Assembly (NCBI GenBank): GCA_963826715.1
Contig: CAWGYA010000002.1
Location: forward strand, 320,001 to 384,000
Source: Candidatus Bathyarchaeota archaeon
GTDB lineage: Archaea; Thermoproteota; Bathyarchaeia; Bathyarchaeales; Bathycorpusculaceae
Reading direction: 5' to 3'
Length of the DNA: 64,000 nt
Shown: positions 41,141-50,975 of the stretch, one piece after another
Layout: every line of letters begins with the position of its first letter
Position numbering within the stretch: the stretch's first letter is position 1
Translations under genes and position numbers: made by a program
The notes under the pieces: model-generated
Told to the model about the DNA's origin: nothing
Database searches by the model: none
The model's input: only the letters and a program-made list of their open reading frames with translations

Positions 41141-42280
41141 TTGGTTATTGGTGGGTTTATGCCCTCACTCGATATTGCTATGCCCATCGCCCTGTTAGTT
41201 GTTATAACCGTTGCCATGCTTCTAAACAAGCGTGTAGAGAACAAATTGATGGCAACAGTTGAGCAAAAAGAATTCAAAACTCGAGATATAGTTCTCCTTG
41301 TTGTTTTCATGGTGATTATGATATCCGTCATCGCCTATACCTCAATGATTAATCCAGGAGGCATAGTACCTAACATCCTACTTATCCTCTTTATGGGATC
41401 CTACACTATGCTGCTCTTCACTTTCTCCTACGTCTTCACTAACATGACTAAAGTACGGGCAAAACAAGTTTCAACAGTGTTTGGGATCAGCAGCTTGACC
41501 GCGGCTATAGCCAGTTTTCTAGGTCCACTTACCGACGCCTACACAATTCCCCGTGCAGCAACATTCTTTTTGCTTGCAGCCCTCTGCTTTAGCGTTGTAG
41601 CATATGAACAGAAAAAAACCATAACAAAAAGTCGCTGGTACGTTGCTGCACAGCCACCTGCACTATTTGTTCTACTATTCCTCTTCTTTGCAGCTCTTTA
41701 TGATGGAACAGTTAATTTGTGGTTCCCAATTCTTATGGATGCCTTTGCTTTCACATTTGCACTCTTGATTATCATGTATCTTTCGTCGCTATTTAACTGG
41801 AAAACAGTCTGGGTCTTCGCAGCTCTACTACCGATCATAGATGTAATACTAGTTTTCACCGGACCAATGGTTGCTGCAGCGCACACATTCACAGGTCTCG
41901 GGTTACCAGTGTTGGTTTACCTACCGAATATTCCAGTGATTTTAAGCACTGCAGGCGAGATTGGCCTTCGGGGACTAGGACTTGGAGATTTCTTCTTTGC
42001 AGGCATACTTGTTGTTCAAACTTACAAAAAATTCGGACAAAAAACAGGACTCATAGCAGCTGCCGCGATAGCCTTATCGTTTGGCATCTGGGAAGCTTTC
42101 CTTCCAGACATATTCAACATCTTAAAAATCGAAGGCTTCCCCGCTACAGTTTGTATTATCACTGGGTGGCTACCAATTGTTGCCTGGAAACTATTAATAT
42201 CAAGAAAAGAACCCCCTGCAGTGGTTGTTGTAGAGCAAACACAACACCCATCGGAAACCCCAACAACACAACCACTATAA
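41141..42280 (+). CDS. presenilin/SPP-like intramembrane aspartyl protease
   Basis: GLGLGDF (GxGD), upstream TM Asp (IIDV), PAL-like FPAT. Confidence 0.85.
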   Translation: MVIGGFMPSLDIAMPIALLVVITVAMLLNKRVENKLMATVEQKEFKTRDIVLLVVFMVIMISVIAYTSMINPGGIVPNILLILFMGSYTMLLFTFSYVFTNMTKVRAKQVSTVFGISSLTAAIASFLGPLTDAYTIPRAATFFLLAALCFSVVAYEQKKTITKSRWYVAAQPPALFVLLFLFFAALYDGTVNLWFPILMDAFAFTFALLIIMYLSSLFNWKTVWVFAALLPIIDVILVFTGPMVAAAHTFTGLGLPVLVYLPNIPVILSTAGEIGLRGLGLGDFFFAGILVVQTYKKFGQKTGLIAAAAIALSFGIWEAFLPDIFNILKIEGFPATVCIITGWLPIVAWKLLISRKEPPAVVVVEQTQHPSETPTTQPL

Positions 42281-42592
42281 ACTTAATTAATTATTTTTTT
42301 AAAGTGAAAAGAGATTGGGGAAAAAGTGATTAAAAATAAGAGGTGAGGCTTTTACCCGAATAAGGCATCCGTTAACGTCCGTATTATTATTTTTATATGT
42401 CAATTTGGTAACTGGAGGTTGGTAATATGTATGCAAACCAATTCCTTAAAGTCTAAACGGGAAAGGGAATCGCACCTCAACTCAAAAGCCCATCCCCAGT
42501 ACAAATACTGACATGGATGTTTAGGGTTCGGTTCCCCAGCGAGCCCGCCACCCCCCGTGCGAATATGTACTTTTTTGATTTGGGTTAGATTC

Positions 42593-42663
42593 AGTCAAGA
42601 AACTTTTGCGACAAGAAATAGTCAAGAAATCTGAACTAAAAAAGTAGAGCCTAGTCAAGAAAC
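42593..42663 (+). repeat. three AGTCAAGAAA direct repeats
   Basis: Copies at 42593, 42620 and 42653, plus a partial ACAAGAAA at 42611. Confidence 0.75.
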
Positions 42664-42708
42664 CTGTACAAAAAGGTTTTTTTACCGATACAACTCTTTC
42701 AGATTTAA

Positions 42709-43689
42709 ATGAAACCGCTCAAACTGTTAGGTCTGCTGATTATCGGCGTGTTTTTGGCGTCCACCCTAACAGCGACTGCTCAAATGTACCCAAAGGCATT
42801 GAACCCGACAGTTTACGGGGATACAACCATTTACGAGTTCAATGGTAACCCTATAAACCTAACCGCAGTCATCGACTCTTTGGAAATCAGAAACAACCAC
42901 ACCGAAGTCGCTTTTACCTTGACGCTTAACTCGCAGACATTTGATATGATGGGCGAAGAGATGAATTCGAGCCAATACCACAAACCCGAAGAAACAGGAG
43001 TCCTTCAATACTATTTGTGGTCAGGTTTGACATTTGATTTAGACAGAAATTTCACCATAAACGCTGTTTGGGTCAACTGGTTAGCTGGAAGTGGAAAAGA
43101 CATTGAAAATGGTTACACAACACTGGATGCATATAGCCACTATTTTTCATTAAATCAATCAGGAGACAGCTTCCATGGCAACGCTGTTTTGCCAAAGCTC
43201 TCAGAAGGTGTTCATAACGTTACTTTTTGGGTTACAGCTAGGCAGAATTACATCTCATACTTCAATCCCCTTTGGGCGGTTTTCTCCAAAACTGTCATAT
43301 TTACTGCGGATACCACAGCCCCAACCGTCACTGTAATGTCTCCTGCAAACCAAACCTACGCTGCCGATAGGGTTCCGCTGGATTTCTTTGTTAACGAATC
43401 CAGCCCCAGAATGAGTTACAGTTTAGACGGAATGGAGAATGTTAACGTCTCAGGCAACACTACACTAGCAGAGTTGTCCAATGGCGTACACAGCATAATA
43501 ATCTATGCTGAAGACGCGTTTGGTAACGTCGGTGCCTCAGAAACAGTCGCCTTCACCGTTGCAAAGCCTGATACTTCACTAACAACATTAGTAATAATTA
43601 TCACGGCGGCAGTGGTGACAGGCGCAGGCTTGCTGCTTTACTTCAAGAAACACAAACACCCGAAAAATTCACTTTTTAATGCGTCTTGA
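42709..43689 (+). CDS. secreted Ig-like surface protein with C-terminal TM anchor
   Basis: Signal peptide, DTTAP.V...SP.N.TY, YSLDG, L.NG.H....YA.D..GN, TM plus KKHK. Confidence 0.85.
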   Translation: MKPLKLLGLLIIGVFLASTLTATAQMYPKALNPTVYGDTTIYEFNGNPINLTAVIDSLEIRNNHTEVAFTLTLNSQTFDMMGEEMNSSQYHKPEETGVLQYYLWSGLTFDLDRNFTINAVWVNWLAGSGKDIENGYTTLDAYSHYFSLNQSGDSFHGNAVLPKLSEGVHNVTFWVTARQNYISYFNPLWAVFSKTVIFTADTTAPTVTVMSPANQTYAADRVPLDFFVNESSPRMSYSLDGMENVNVSGNTTLAELSNGVHSIIIYAEDAFGNVGASETVAFTVAKPDTSLTTLVIIITAAVVTGAGLLLYFKKHKHPKNSLFNAS

Positions 43690-43825
43690 ACCAGTTATGG
43701 CGTCATAGATTTTTTTGATGCTGGGATAATTCAAGTATTCTCTAGCGAACTTGCGCATAAGTGTTGCCTAAAATGAATAAGGGGAAAAAGAAGTATATAA
43801 AATAATACACCCGTTAACGGGGTGC

Positions 43826-44140
43826 TTACCCGAATAGGGCGCCTAATCCTTCTAATGCTGCTTCTTCTTTGGCTTTTTCGTCTTCTGCTTTCTTCTTCTT
43901 GTCTTCTGGAGCTGCTGCTGCGGGTTTAGATTCTGCCGCTGCAACTGGAGCTGCTGCCATCATAGTTGGTGCTGCTTTAATGGCTTCATCGATGTTAACT
44001 TCGCTAAGGGAAGCTACAAGAGCTTTAACTTTAACTGCGTCAACTTCGAGTCCTGCTGCTGCGAGAACTTTTGTTACGGATTCTTCGTTGATTTCTTTAC
44101 CTGCCTTGTGAAGGAGCATTGCTGCGTAAATGTTTTCCAT
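43826..44140 (-). CDS. rpl12: 50S ribosomal stalk protein aP1/L12
   Basis: YAAMLLH..GKEI, Ala-rich hinge, EGLGALFG C-terminus. Confidence 0.97.
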   Translation of the reverse strand: MENIYAAMLLHKAGKEINEESVTKVLAAAGLEVDAVKVKALVASLSEVNIDEAIKAAPTMMAAAPVAAAESKPAAAAPEDKKKKAEDEKAKEEAALEGLGALFG

Positions 44141-44187
44141 ACCTTTTCACCTCTTCATTCGAGTATTTTAACCTTTTTAGTTAGCAT

Positions 44188-44249
44188 GACCCACTTCCAT
44201 TGGAAGCTGGCCGTTACTGAATTGGCAGTTCGGTCCGCCGAATCTTGCC
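44188..44249 (-). promoter_or_regulatory. structured 5' leader of rpl12 (two hairpins)
   Basis: GGCA-AGA-TTCGG-CGGA-CCGAA-C-TGCC and GGCCAG-CTTCC-AAT-GGAAG-TGGGTC downstream of TATA-like TTCTTAAG (~44271-44278). Confidence 0.5.
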
Positions 44250-44581
44250 GTTTAGATGAATACCCAATACCTTAAGAACCTTTCGTCCATATAATAACAG
44301 GTAAAATTTAGATATTGACTGTTTTTCATTAGTTACCTATTCGCAATCAACACGTACTGCGAATGCAAAAAATTAACTATACCTTGACACTGAGGACAAA
44401 AGCAGAAGAAGTTCATGGTGTCTCGTTGGAGTTTTCGGTTTTTTCTGATTATTCCCGTTCAGCAGGATTTGATGAATTAGAAAACCCACCTCTTTTCTAT
44501 TGAAGCATAAAGAAAACAAACTGACTCTCATAACACTTATCTTATAGACAACCCACATGCCCTTATCTACAGGTCATACCC

Positions 44582-45541
44582 ATGGGAAATATAACCATCG
44601 CCATACTTGGCAAATTGGACTATGGCAGTGCCCTCGCTAAAAAAGGCACCTCAACTGACATCACACTATATAACCTCAAAAAAGGCGAAGCGACTATAAC
44701 TTTTATCGAACCTACCAGATACCCCGAACGACTTGCACCTCTCTTCTATGCCTGCGCCCTAGCTAAAAAAGCACTAGTCATTGTAGATGAACTTAACGCA
44801 TCGTTCGGTGAACAACTAGTTATGCTCCAATGTAGCGACATCAAAAGCGGCTACTTTGTGCTCCGCAACTACATCCCAAAAGAAAAAATCGAGCCGCTTC
44901 TTAAAGGAACTAATCTAGAAAATTTTGAGTTTCTTGAAGACGACCCTAACCTAATACGTGAAAAGCTCCTAACAGAAGCGGACCAACAAAAATCCCCTGA
45001 ACCCTCAACTGTTGGATCAGTGCCCATTGACCACGCGTTTAACGTGAAAGGGGTCGGAGTAGTTGTCTTAGGCATAGTTATCAATGGAATCGTGCAGAAA
45101 CACTCAACTCTCAACGTCCTTCCAGGCACAAAAACCTCTCAGGTCCGCTCTATACAAAAACATGATGACGAATTTGACATAGCAAGCGAAGGAGACCGGG
45201 TAGGATTGGCACTAAAAAACGTTGTTGTGGAAGATTTGGACCGCGGTAATGTATTAACCAATGATCCAGCCATTAAGACCTCTAACAAGCTTCAAACAAC
45301 TGCTTCGCTGGTAAAATATTGGCAAACGCCAATAAAGGCAGGAATGGTGATGCATGTGGGGCATTGGACACAGTTTATAACCTCTAAAGTTGAAGCTATC
45401 ATAAAAGAAGATATTAGAAATCCCACCATCATGTTATCGCTAGATAAACCCTTGGTATATCGCCCAGGCGACAAGGCTGTTTTAATGTATCTTGAAGGCA
45501 CTAAGCTACGTGTAGCAGGAACCATAGAGCTATTTGCATAG
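44582..45541 (+). CDS. SelB-like / EF-Tu domain II-III protein with degenerate G-domain
   Basis: IDHAFNVKGVGVVVLG, RSIQKHD, GDRVGLALK; no GxxxxGK P-loop. Confidence 0.88.
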   Translation: MGNITIAILGKLDYGSALAKKGTSTDITLYNLKKGEATITFIEPTRYPERLAPLFYACALAKKALVIVDELNASFGEQLVMLQCSDIKSGYFVLRNYIPKEKIEPLLKGTNLENFEFLEDDPNLIREKLLTEADQQKSPEPSTVGSVPIDHAFNVKGVGVVVLGIVINGIVQKHSTLNVLPGTKTSQVRSIQKHDDEFDIASEGDRVGLALKNVVVEDLDRGNVLTNDPAIKTSNKLQTTASLVKYWQTPIKAGMVMHVGHWTQFITSKVEAIIKEDIRNPTIMLSLDKPLVYRPGDKAVLMYLEGTKLRVAGTIELFA

Positions 45542-45654
45542 AAACATGTAGTCAACATCTTGAGTACAGGTTGTTCAATTGATCGAGGCATTAAGGTAAA
45601 TGCGGTCTGCGTTGGTACCCTAAGTGGTAAACAAGGAATTTCTGCATCTATCGC

Positions 45655-46296
45655 TTGTGCCACCCAATACAAATTCTTAAAACATACAATCGCCATAACC
45701 TTTTACTGATTATGATGCCGTTCTCAAGAAAAGTCGGAGCCGCTGCAGGAATCGCTACACCAATATTCGCCTTCACCTGCATCTTTATAGCCATCGCCAT
45801 TACCCCTCACTTTAGCTGGACCAACAACGCACTCAGTGATCTAGGGGTAATCTCAGGCATAACGGGTCCGCTATTCAACGTGGGTCTAATCATAAGCGGA
45901 GTTTTAGGATGCGTATTCGCAATTTTTGGCTTGCTCGACTATGCGGGAAAAACTTGGGTAGGCAAGTTCGGCGCGGTGCTTTTTAATTTTGCATCATTAG
46001 TGCTTGTTTTGATAGGCATATTCAACGAACACTTTTCACCCATACACTACATTGTTTCAGTTGCGTTTTTCAGTTTGACGCCAATTGCCCTTTTCATTCT
46101 AACATACGCGTTCTATCTCAACATCAACCGAGGTTTAGTTGCGTTTACAGTCGCAATTGCGCTTTTCGCAGCCGTACCCTGGGTACTTCAATTAACCGTT
46201 CATTATGTACCCAATGTCGCTATCCCTGAAACATTATCTGCGCTTGCGGTTTCAGCCTGGGCAATTGTACTTTCCGCAAAAATCCTCCGACATTAA
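45655..46296 (+). CDS. DUF998 membrane protein (start probably about 45712)
   Basis: FSWTNNALSDLG, LIGIF.E, H..VS..FF, AIPE. Confidence 0.88.
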   Translation: MCHPIQILKTYNRHNLLLIMMPFSRKVGAAAGIATPIFAFTCIFIAIAITPHFSWTNNALSDLGVISGITGPLFNVGLIISGVLGCVFAIFGLLDYAGKTWVGKFGAVLFNFASLVLVLIGIFNEHFSPIHYIVSVAFFSLTPIALFILTYAFYLNINRGLVAFTVAIALFAAVPWVLQLTVHYVPNVAIPETLSALAVSAWAIVLSAKILRH

Positions 46297-46305
46297 TCAT
46301 TAAGG

Positions 46306-47295
46306 TTAAACAACATCCAAATACATTTGGGCGCAACAAGATGATGAAAAAATCGACTGATACCCTTTGCATTTTGCATAATCTATTGCTTCGGGGCTTG
46401 GAAACGCAATGGCATCCACACCTGCCTTAAGCGCCAAAATATCAATTTCTGAGCGAAGTTTACCCTTGGGACGCATACAGCCTAAAGCCAATGGTGCCTT
46501 AGGAAACATTATCCGCGCAGCGGAAACGACTCTAACGATATCAAGCGAAGATGGCGGTAGAGTCTGACCCATTTCTGTACCTCGGATAGGCATGAAAGCA
46601 ATAATCACAACTGCTGCCGGCTTGATGGTTTGTGATATAATTTCAAGAGCATGAAATTCACTGTCTAGTTCTCCATTATTTAAGCCAACCAAAATATGTG
46701 GCACAACTTTGAGCCCTGCATTATCAAGTGCAAGGAGCGATTGCATATAATCTTCAACTTGAACGTCTAAATTAAGGGCTTGCAAGGCTGTTTGACGTGA
46801 ACCCAAAATATCAATTAACGCTGCATCAACCCCTGCCTTCTTCAAAGCTAAAGCTGTAGAAAAGCTGATTACGCCCGTATGAACAAACACAGTTAATTCT
46901 AGCTCCTTCTTAAACCGTGCCAAAACAGGGGTGAAATCGTCCAGCGGAACAGAACCGTCTGGGAGACATCCACCACTAACCAGCACCCCCCTCGCTCCAT
47001 CGTTTTTGAGCTTTAACCCCAAATTCCAAAGTTGTTCCGGATCAATCGCAGGATGCATTGTTTCCAACACTCTGCCGCCACAGTGCTTGCAGTTAAGTGC
47101 ACAAGCGTTGCCTGTAACGGAGATAGTCGGGAACTCGTTGGTTGACGGACAGAACCGAGAGTCTTTATAGTAGCTAAAACTTGGCACATAGAAACGGATA
47201 ATATCACATCGGGGTTTTAGATAACCTGAATCCAATAAATTCTGAAGCTCAGTTTTGGTGCAGTTCCAGATAGTTTGAGGATTTATTTTTTGCAT
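46306..47295 (-). CDS. lipS1: radical SAM protein, archaeal lipoyl synthase subunit LipS1-like
   Basis: SVTG..CALNCKHC, SGG, LGCMRP and C-terminal CC motifs. Confidence 0.8.
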   Translation of the reverse strand: MQKINPQTIWNCTKTELQNLLDSGYLKPRCDIIRFYVPSFSYYKDSRFCPSTNEFPTISVTGNACALNCKHCGGRVLETMHPAIDPEQLWNLGLKLKNDGARGVLVSGGCLPDGSVPLDDFTPVLARFKKELELTVFVHTGVISFSTALALKKAGVDAALIDILGSRQTALQALNLDVQVEDYMQSLLALDNAGLKVVPHILVGLNNGELDSEFHALEIISQTIKPAAVVIIAFMPIRGTEMGQTLPPSSLDIVRVVSAARIMFPKAPLALGCMRPKGKLRSEIDILALKAGVDAIAFPSPEAIDYAKCKGYQSIFSSSCCAQMYLDVV

Positions 47296-47660
47296 AGACT
47301 TTATAGATAGAATTCAGCATCTGCCTTAATAGTTTACGTAAAAAATTGACGAAGCAAAAAAACTAAAGTTAGGAATCAAATAGTCACTCCAAACCAACGC
47401 GCTCCATCACTTTCAGCGCCCATAAAGCAGCCCTAAGAATCGCAGAATTGCTACAAATCACGTGGTCTCCTAAAAGACTAACCACTTCCAATCGCTTCAC
47501 AATTCTAGAAAATAAAACGCCATAAAAGGATAAAATGCTTGCTAAAAACATCGAACTTTGAGGATCAGTGAAAGGTAATAGTTTTTTAATTCTGTCTATT
47601 TAAAGTCTTGAGCTTTACAATGTTTAAATTCTACTTATCCCAATTGAGATTAGTGATTCG

Positions 47661-48842
47661 ATGTCTTTATCAGCAACTGTTAAGGATGTATATTCCGGAA
47701 AATTTAATACCGTATTAGAAAACGATAGTGCATCAAAATGCCTGGAAGGCTTCAAAAAAGGGTTACCACCAGTTTTAGCGGTTCTAGATGACCATGGAAG
47801 ATATGTTGGCATGGTTAGTCGCCGTTCAATTCTGCGGTCTCGCCTCGATTTGAGTCGACTTAAAGTTAAGGGTTTAATGGTAAATGCCCCCGAAGTTACC
47901 TTAAACGATTCGCTGAGTCGGGTAGCAAAGTTGATGATTGGAAGCGGAGTCCGGCAACTTCCAGTATTTGAGAAAAACATGATTGTTGGTTTCATTACTG
48001 ATGAAGACGTAATTCACGCCGTTGTCCTTTGTGAATGGGGCAACAACTCGATTGAAACGATTATGACTCGCGCACCACATACAATGGAGTCAAATCGCAG
48101 CGTTGGCGCTGTTTTAAGTTTAATGCGTGAATCTGGTGCCTCTCATGTTCCCATCATGGAACATGGACACCTTACAGGATTGATAAGTGATGAGGACATT
48201 TTGGAAAGTGTCTATTACCCACCTAAACGTATGGGCAACAAAGACGTGGTAGGCGAACAAATTGACACCTTGGGCATCGCAGCAAAGGGCATTATGCACA
48301 GTCCCGTAATTACTGTTGAGCCAAAAAAGAGTCTGCGTGAATGCGAAAAAATGATGCATGATCAGGATGTTTCAAGTTTATGCGTGATTGATGGCGAACG
48401 CTTAATGGGGATCGTAACGAAACTTGATTTCCTCGAACCAATTAGTGAATTCGAGAAAGCCGAACGCAAGTTCACCGTACAATTCGGTGTAAAAGAAGTT
48501 GACGTCAGCCAAGATCAAAAAGAGTTTATGATGAACGAGTTTGATTCATTTACTCATCGCTTCCAAGAAGCCTTCCAACTTGGCACATTATTTGTTTATA
48601 TGAAAAGCCATCGCGGAACCAACATGCGCGAAACTCCAATGGTTCAATGTCGACTACAGTTCCGAACCACACGCGGCAACTTTTATGTTTCAAGCGAGGG
48701 TTGGGGGATTGAGCCAACCTTCAAAGTTGCACTTGAACGCTTAGAACGACGTTTACTGCGCAGTAAAGAGTTGCTGGCCTACAATCCACGGTTTGCACGA
48801 GATTACCTCCGTCAAATGGGGTTACCAGAGGAAGAAACTTAG
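47661..48842 (+). CDS. 4xCBS protein with C-terminal HPF/RaiA-like domain (Hib-like)
   Basis: Four CBS repeats, then a ~100-aa domain ending S.EGW....F..AL.RLERRL, resembling the HPF fold. Confidence 0.75.
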   Translation: MSLSATVKDVYSGKFNTVLENDSASKCLEGFKKGLPPVLAVLDDHGRYVGMVSRRSILRSRLDLSRLKVKGLMVNAPEVTLNDSLSRVAKLMIGSGVRQLPVFEKNMIVGFITDEDVIHAVVLCEWGNNSIETIMTRAPHTMESNRSVGAVLSLMRESGASHVPIMEHGHLTGLISDEDILESVYYPPKRMGNKDVVGEQIDTLGIAAKGIMHSPVITVEPKKSLRECEKMMHDQDVSSLCVIDGERLMGIVTKLDFLEPISEFEKAERKFTVQFGVKEVDVSQDQKEFMMNEFDSFTHRFQEAFQLGTLFVYMKSHRGTNMRETPMVQCRLQFRTTRGNFYVSSEGWGIEPTFKVALERLERRLLRSKELLAYNPRFARDYLRQMGLPEEET

Positions 48843-49041
48843 CTGAGAACAATTTTTTTCTTTTTTCACCCTCATTTGTGATATAACAACTAAAACAAGA
48901 CACCTTCTTTTTTATCAACAGCCTCCTGCTGAAAAAATGCTTGATTTATTATGTGTAGAGAATCAAAAGCTGAAACTACCCATAAATCTTGTAACAAAAA
49001 TAGAAATGGAGCTTTGAGCACAGCACCACTTCTCAGGTACA

Positions 49042-49860
49042 TTAAACTGAAATTCGAGAGCCGTCAAAACCAATCTTTGAAATTCCAAGCTCATCTCTCA
49101 CATCGCGAAGTTGCGCCGAATTAAACACAGGGCCATCTCGACAAACACGGTATTTGCCTATAACGCAACTACCACAAAGACCAATGCCACAACGCATTAA
49201 CCTTTCCAAACTCGCCTCCAAAGGCAATTTCCGCTGCTCAGTCATCTCAAAGATTTTCTTGACCATAACTTCTGGTCCACAGGTGTAAATCATGTCAAAA
49301 GATTCTTTGTCAAGGAGATTAGCAAGAGGCTGCGTTACGAGACATTGTAATCCAGCAGTACCATCTTCAGTAGTTGTTATGATATTTTTTTCTTGGCATA
49401 CCCCTTCAAGTTCCTGCACAAAAAGTAGGTCATTTTTTGATTTAGCACCTTCTACAAATGACAACCGCTCAGTTTTAGCCGCGAGTTTCTTGGCTAGAAA
49501 GAGCAGGGGGGCAGTTCCTGTTCCGCCGCCCACTAAAAGAACTCTGCCTCGGCTTTCTGTAAAGCAGTTGCCGAACGGTCCACGCACCCCCACGGTAGCG
49601 CCAGTTTGCAAAGTGTGCATGTGCCGTGTGGCATCCCCAACAGCTTTAACGGAAACTGAAACCAGCCCATTTGAAACATTCATTATACTCAATGGAATTT
49701 CATCGATACCTGGAATCCATAACATCAGAAACTGCCCTGGCTTAGCCTTAGAGCAGAGGCGATCGAATAAAACAAAGGTTTTCACTGAGGGGCTTTCAGA
49801 ACGCATCTGCACCACACTCGTGGTTCGCATAGTGTTATTTGCGGTGAGCAAGCCCAACAA
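49042..49860 (-). CDS. pyrK: dihydroorotate dehydrogenase electron transfer subunit
   Basis: PGQFLMLW, RGPFG, GGGTG.AP, CGPE, M.CG.G.CGSC...C.DGPVF. Confidence 0.95.
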   Translation of the reverse strand: MLGLLTANNTMRTTSVVQMRSESPSVKTFVLFDRLCSKAKPGQFLMLWIPGIDEIPLSIMNVSNGLVSVSVKAVGDATRHMHTLQTGATVGVRGPFGNCFTESRGRVLLVGGGTGTAPLLFLAKKLAAKTERLSFVEGAKSKNDLLFVQELEGVCQEKNIITTTEDGTAGLQCLVTQPLANLLDKESFDMIYTCGPEVMVKKIFEMTEQRKLPLEASLERLMRCGIGLCGSCVIGKYRVCRDGPVFNSAQLRDVRDELGISKIGFDGSRISV

Positions 49861-50753
49861 TATCTTTTACACTCCTATAATGTTTCTTTCTCAAGTACAT
49901 CTCCACGCCCTTGGTCACATGTCTAAAAACTTCTATATCATATGCAACTGCCGTACCAATCTGGACAGAGGACGCCCCAGCCAAAAAGAATTCAACCGCG
50001 TCCCGCCAGGTCTGTGATACCACCGCAGCCAATAATAGGCACCTCAAACTGCTCGGCGATGTCGAAAACACAACGCAGTGCCACAGGCTTTATGGCTGGA
50101 CCTGACAAACCACCTTTAATATTAGTCAAGATAGGCATTAGGGTTTCCGCGTCTATCGCCAAGGCTTTTAGGGTATTAACGACTGTTAATGCATCAGCTC
50201 CAGCCTCTATAGCTACCTGGGCTAGCACTGTAATATCAGATACATTCGGTGAAAGCTTCACAATCAGAGGCTTGCCTATCACGGCTTTTACCTGTTGAAC
50301 CACTTCGGAGAGAAACTCGGGGCTTTGCCCAATCTCCGCACCCGTCTGCTTAACATGTGGACATGAGACATTAAGCTCGATTGCATCTGCACCAGCATCC
50401 GCCGCCTTCTTCGCTACTACGGCATACTCTTCCGCAGAATAACCGAAAACGCTAACGATTAGGGGCACATGCAGCACTTTCTTTGAGAACTCGATCTCCT
50501 CTTTGAAAAAGTCTATACCTGGGTTAGGTAAGCCCATGGCGTTAATCAAGCCTGCATCCGCTGCCACCAAGGTAGGGTTACTGTAGCCAACCCGCGGCGA
50601 CAAGCCAACAGATTTCGTAACCACTGCTCCCGCGCCTGCTTTTACAATACGCTTCATCGATTGAGAAGAGTATCCCATGATGCCTGAGGCAAGCATAGTA
50701 GGATTGGGCAGCCGTAGCCCAGCAAAGCTTGTGCTCAACATGTTGCTCTCCAA
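49835..50753 (-). CDS. pyrD: dihydroorotate dehydrogenase catalytic subunit, frameshift at about 50010
   Basis: NAMGLPNPG, NVSCPH, KLSPN, GGLSGPAIKP. Removing one C gives GGITDWRDAVEFFLAGASSVQIGT (ORF 49835-50071). Confidence 0.92.
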
Positions 50754-50923
50754 ATAATTTCACGCTTCAATCCAAGCTTAATACGCCTTGAAAGATAAAG
50801 TTTCGTTTCAATCAATGTGATGATGGTAGCGTTCGTTTGTATGTTTTTATGTCTATTTTTAACATACCAAAAAAACGACTGTATAAAAAGAAAAATGAGG
50901 GTAAAGCCAGACTGATTTGGGCT

Positions 50924-50975
50924 TTATTTCTTCTTTTTAGCCTTTTTCAGTAGTCTTTTTAACAGCTTTAGCCAC
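50924..50975 (-). CDS. Lys-rich micro-protein (12 aa as read; 16 aa if one A is spurious)
   Basis: TATA TTTAAATA, SD GAGGT, GTG start; MAKAVKKTTEKG* or MAKAVKKTTEKAKKKK*; T-tract downstream. Confidence 0.45.

Larger units (their letters stand above)
42365..43825. mobile_element. ~1.46-kb non-autonomous element at the rpl12 3' end (TIRs + 13-15-bp flanking duplication)
   Basis: Flanks TTACCCGAATAAGGC (42352-42366) and TTACCCGAATAGGGC (43826-43840). Ends are imperfect inverted repeats: GCATCCGTTAACGTCCGTATTATT vs reverse complement GCACCCCGTTAACGGGTGTATTATT. Confidence 0.7.

Noticed and set aside
42490-42570. HDV-like ribozyme suggested by GCGAATATGTAC
   Set aside because: P1/P3/L3 could not be built by eye; kept only as unexplained hairpins.
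49990-50020. Programmed frameshift in pyrD
   Set aside because: No slippery heptamer or stimulatory structure; similar indels elsewhere point to sequencing error.
49292-50298. Long plus-strand ORFs over pyrK/pyrD, and similar shadow ORFs throughout the window
   Set aside because: Antisense shadows of confidently identified genes.
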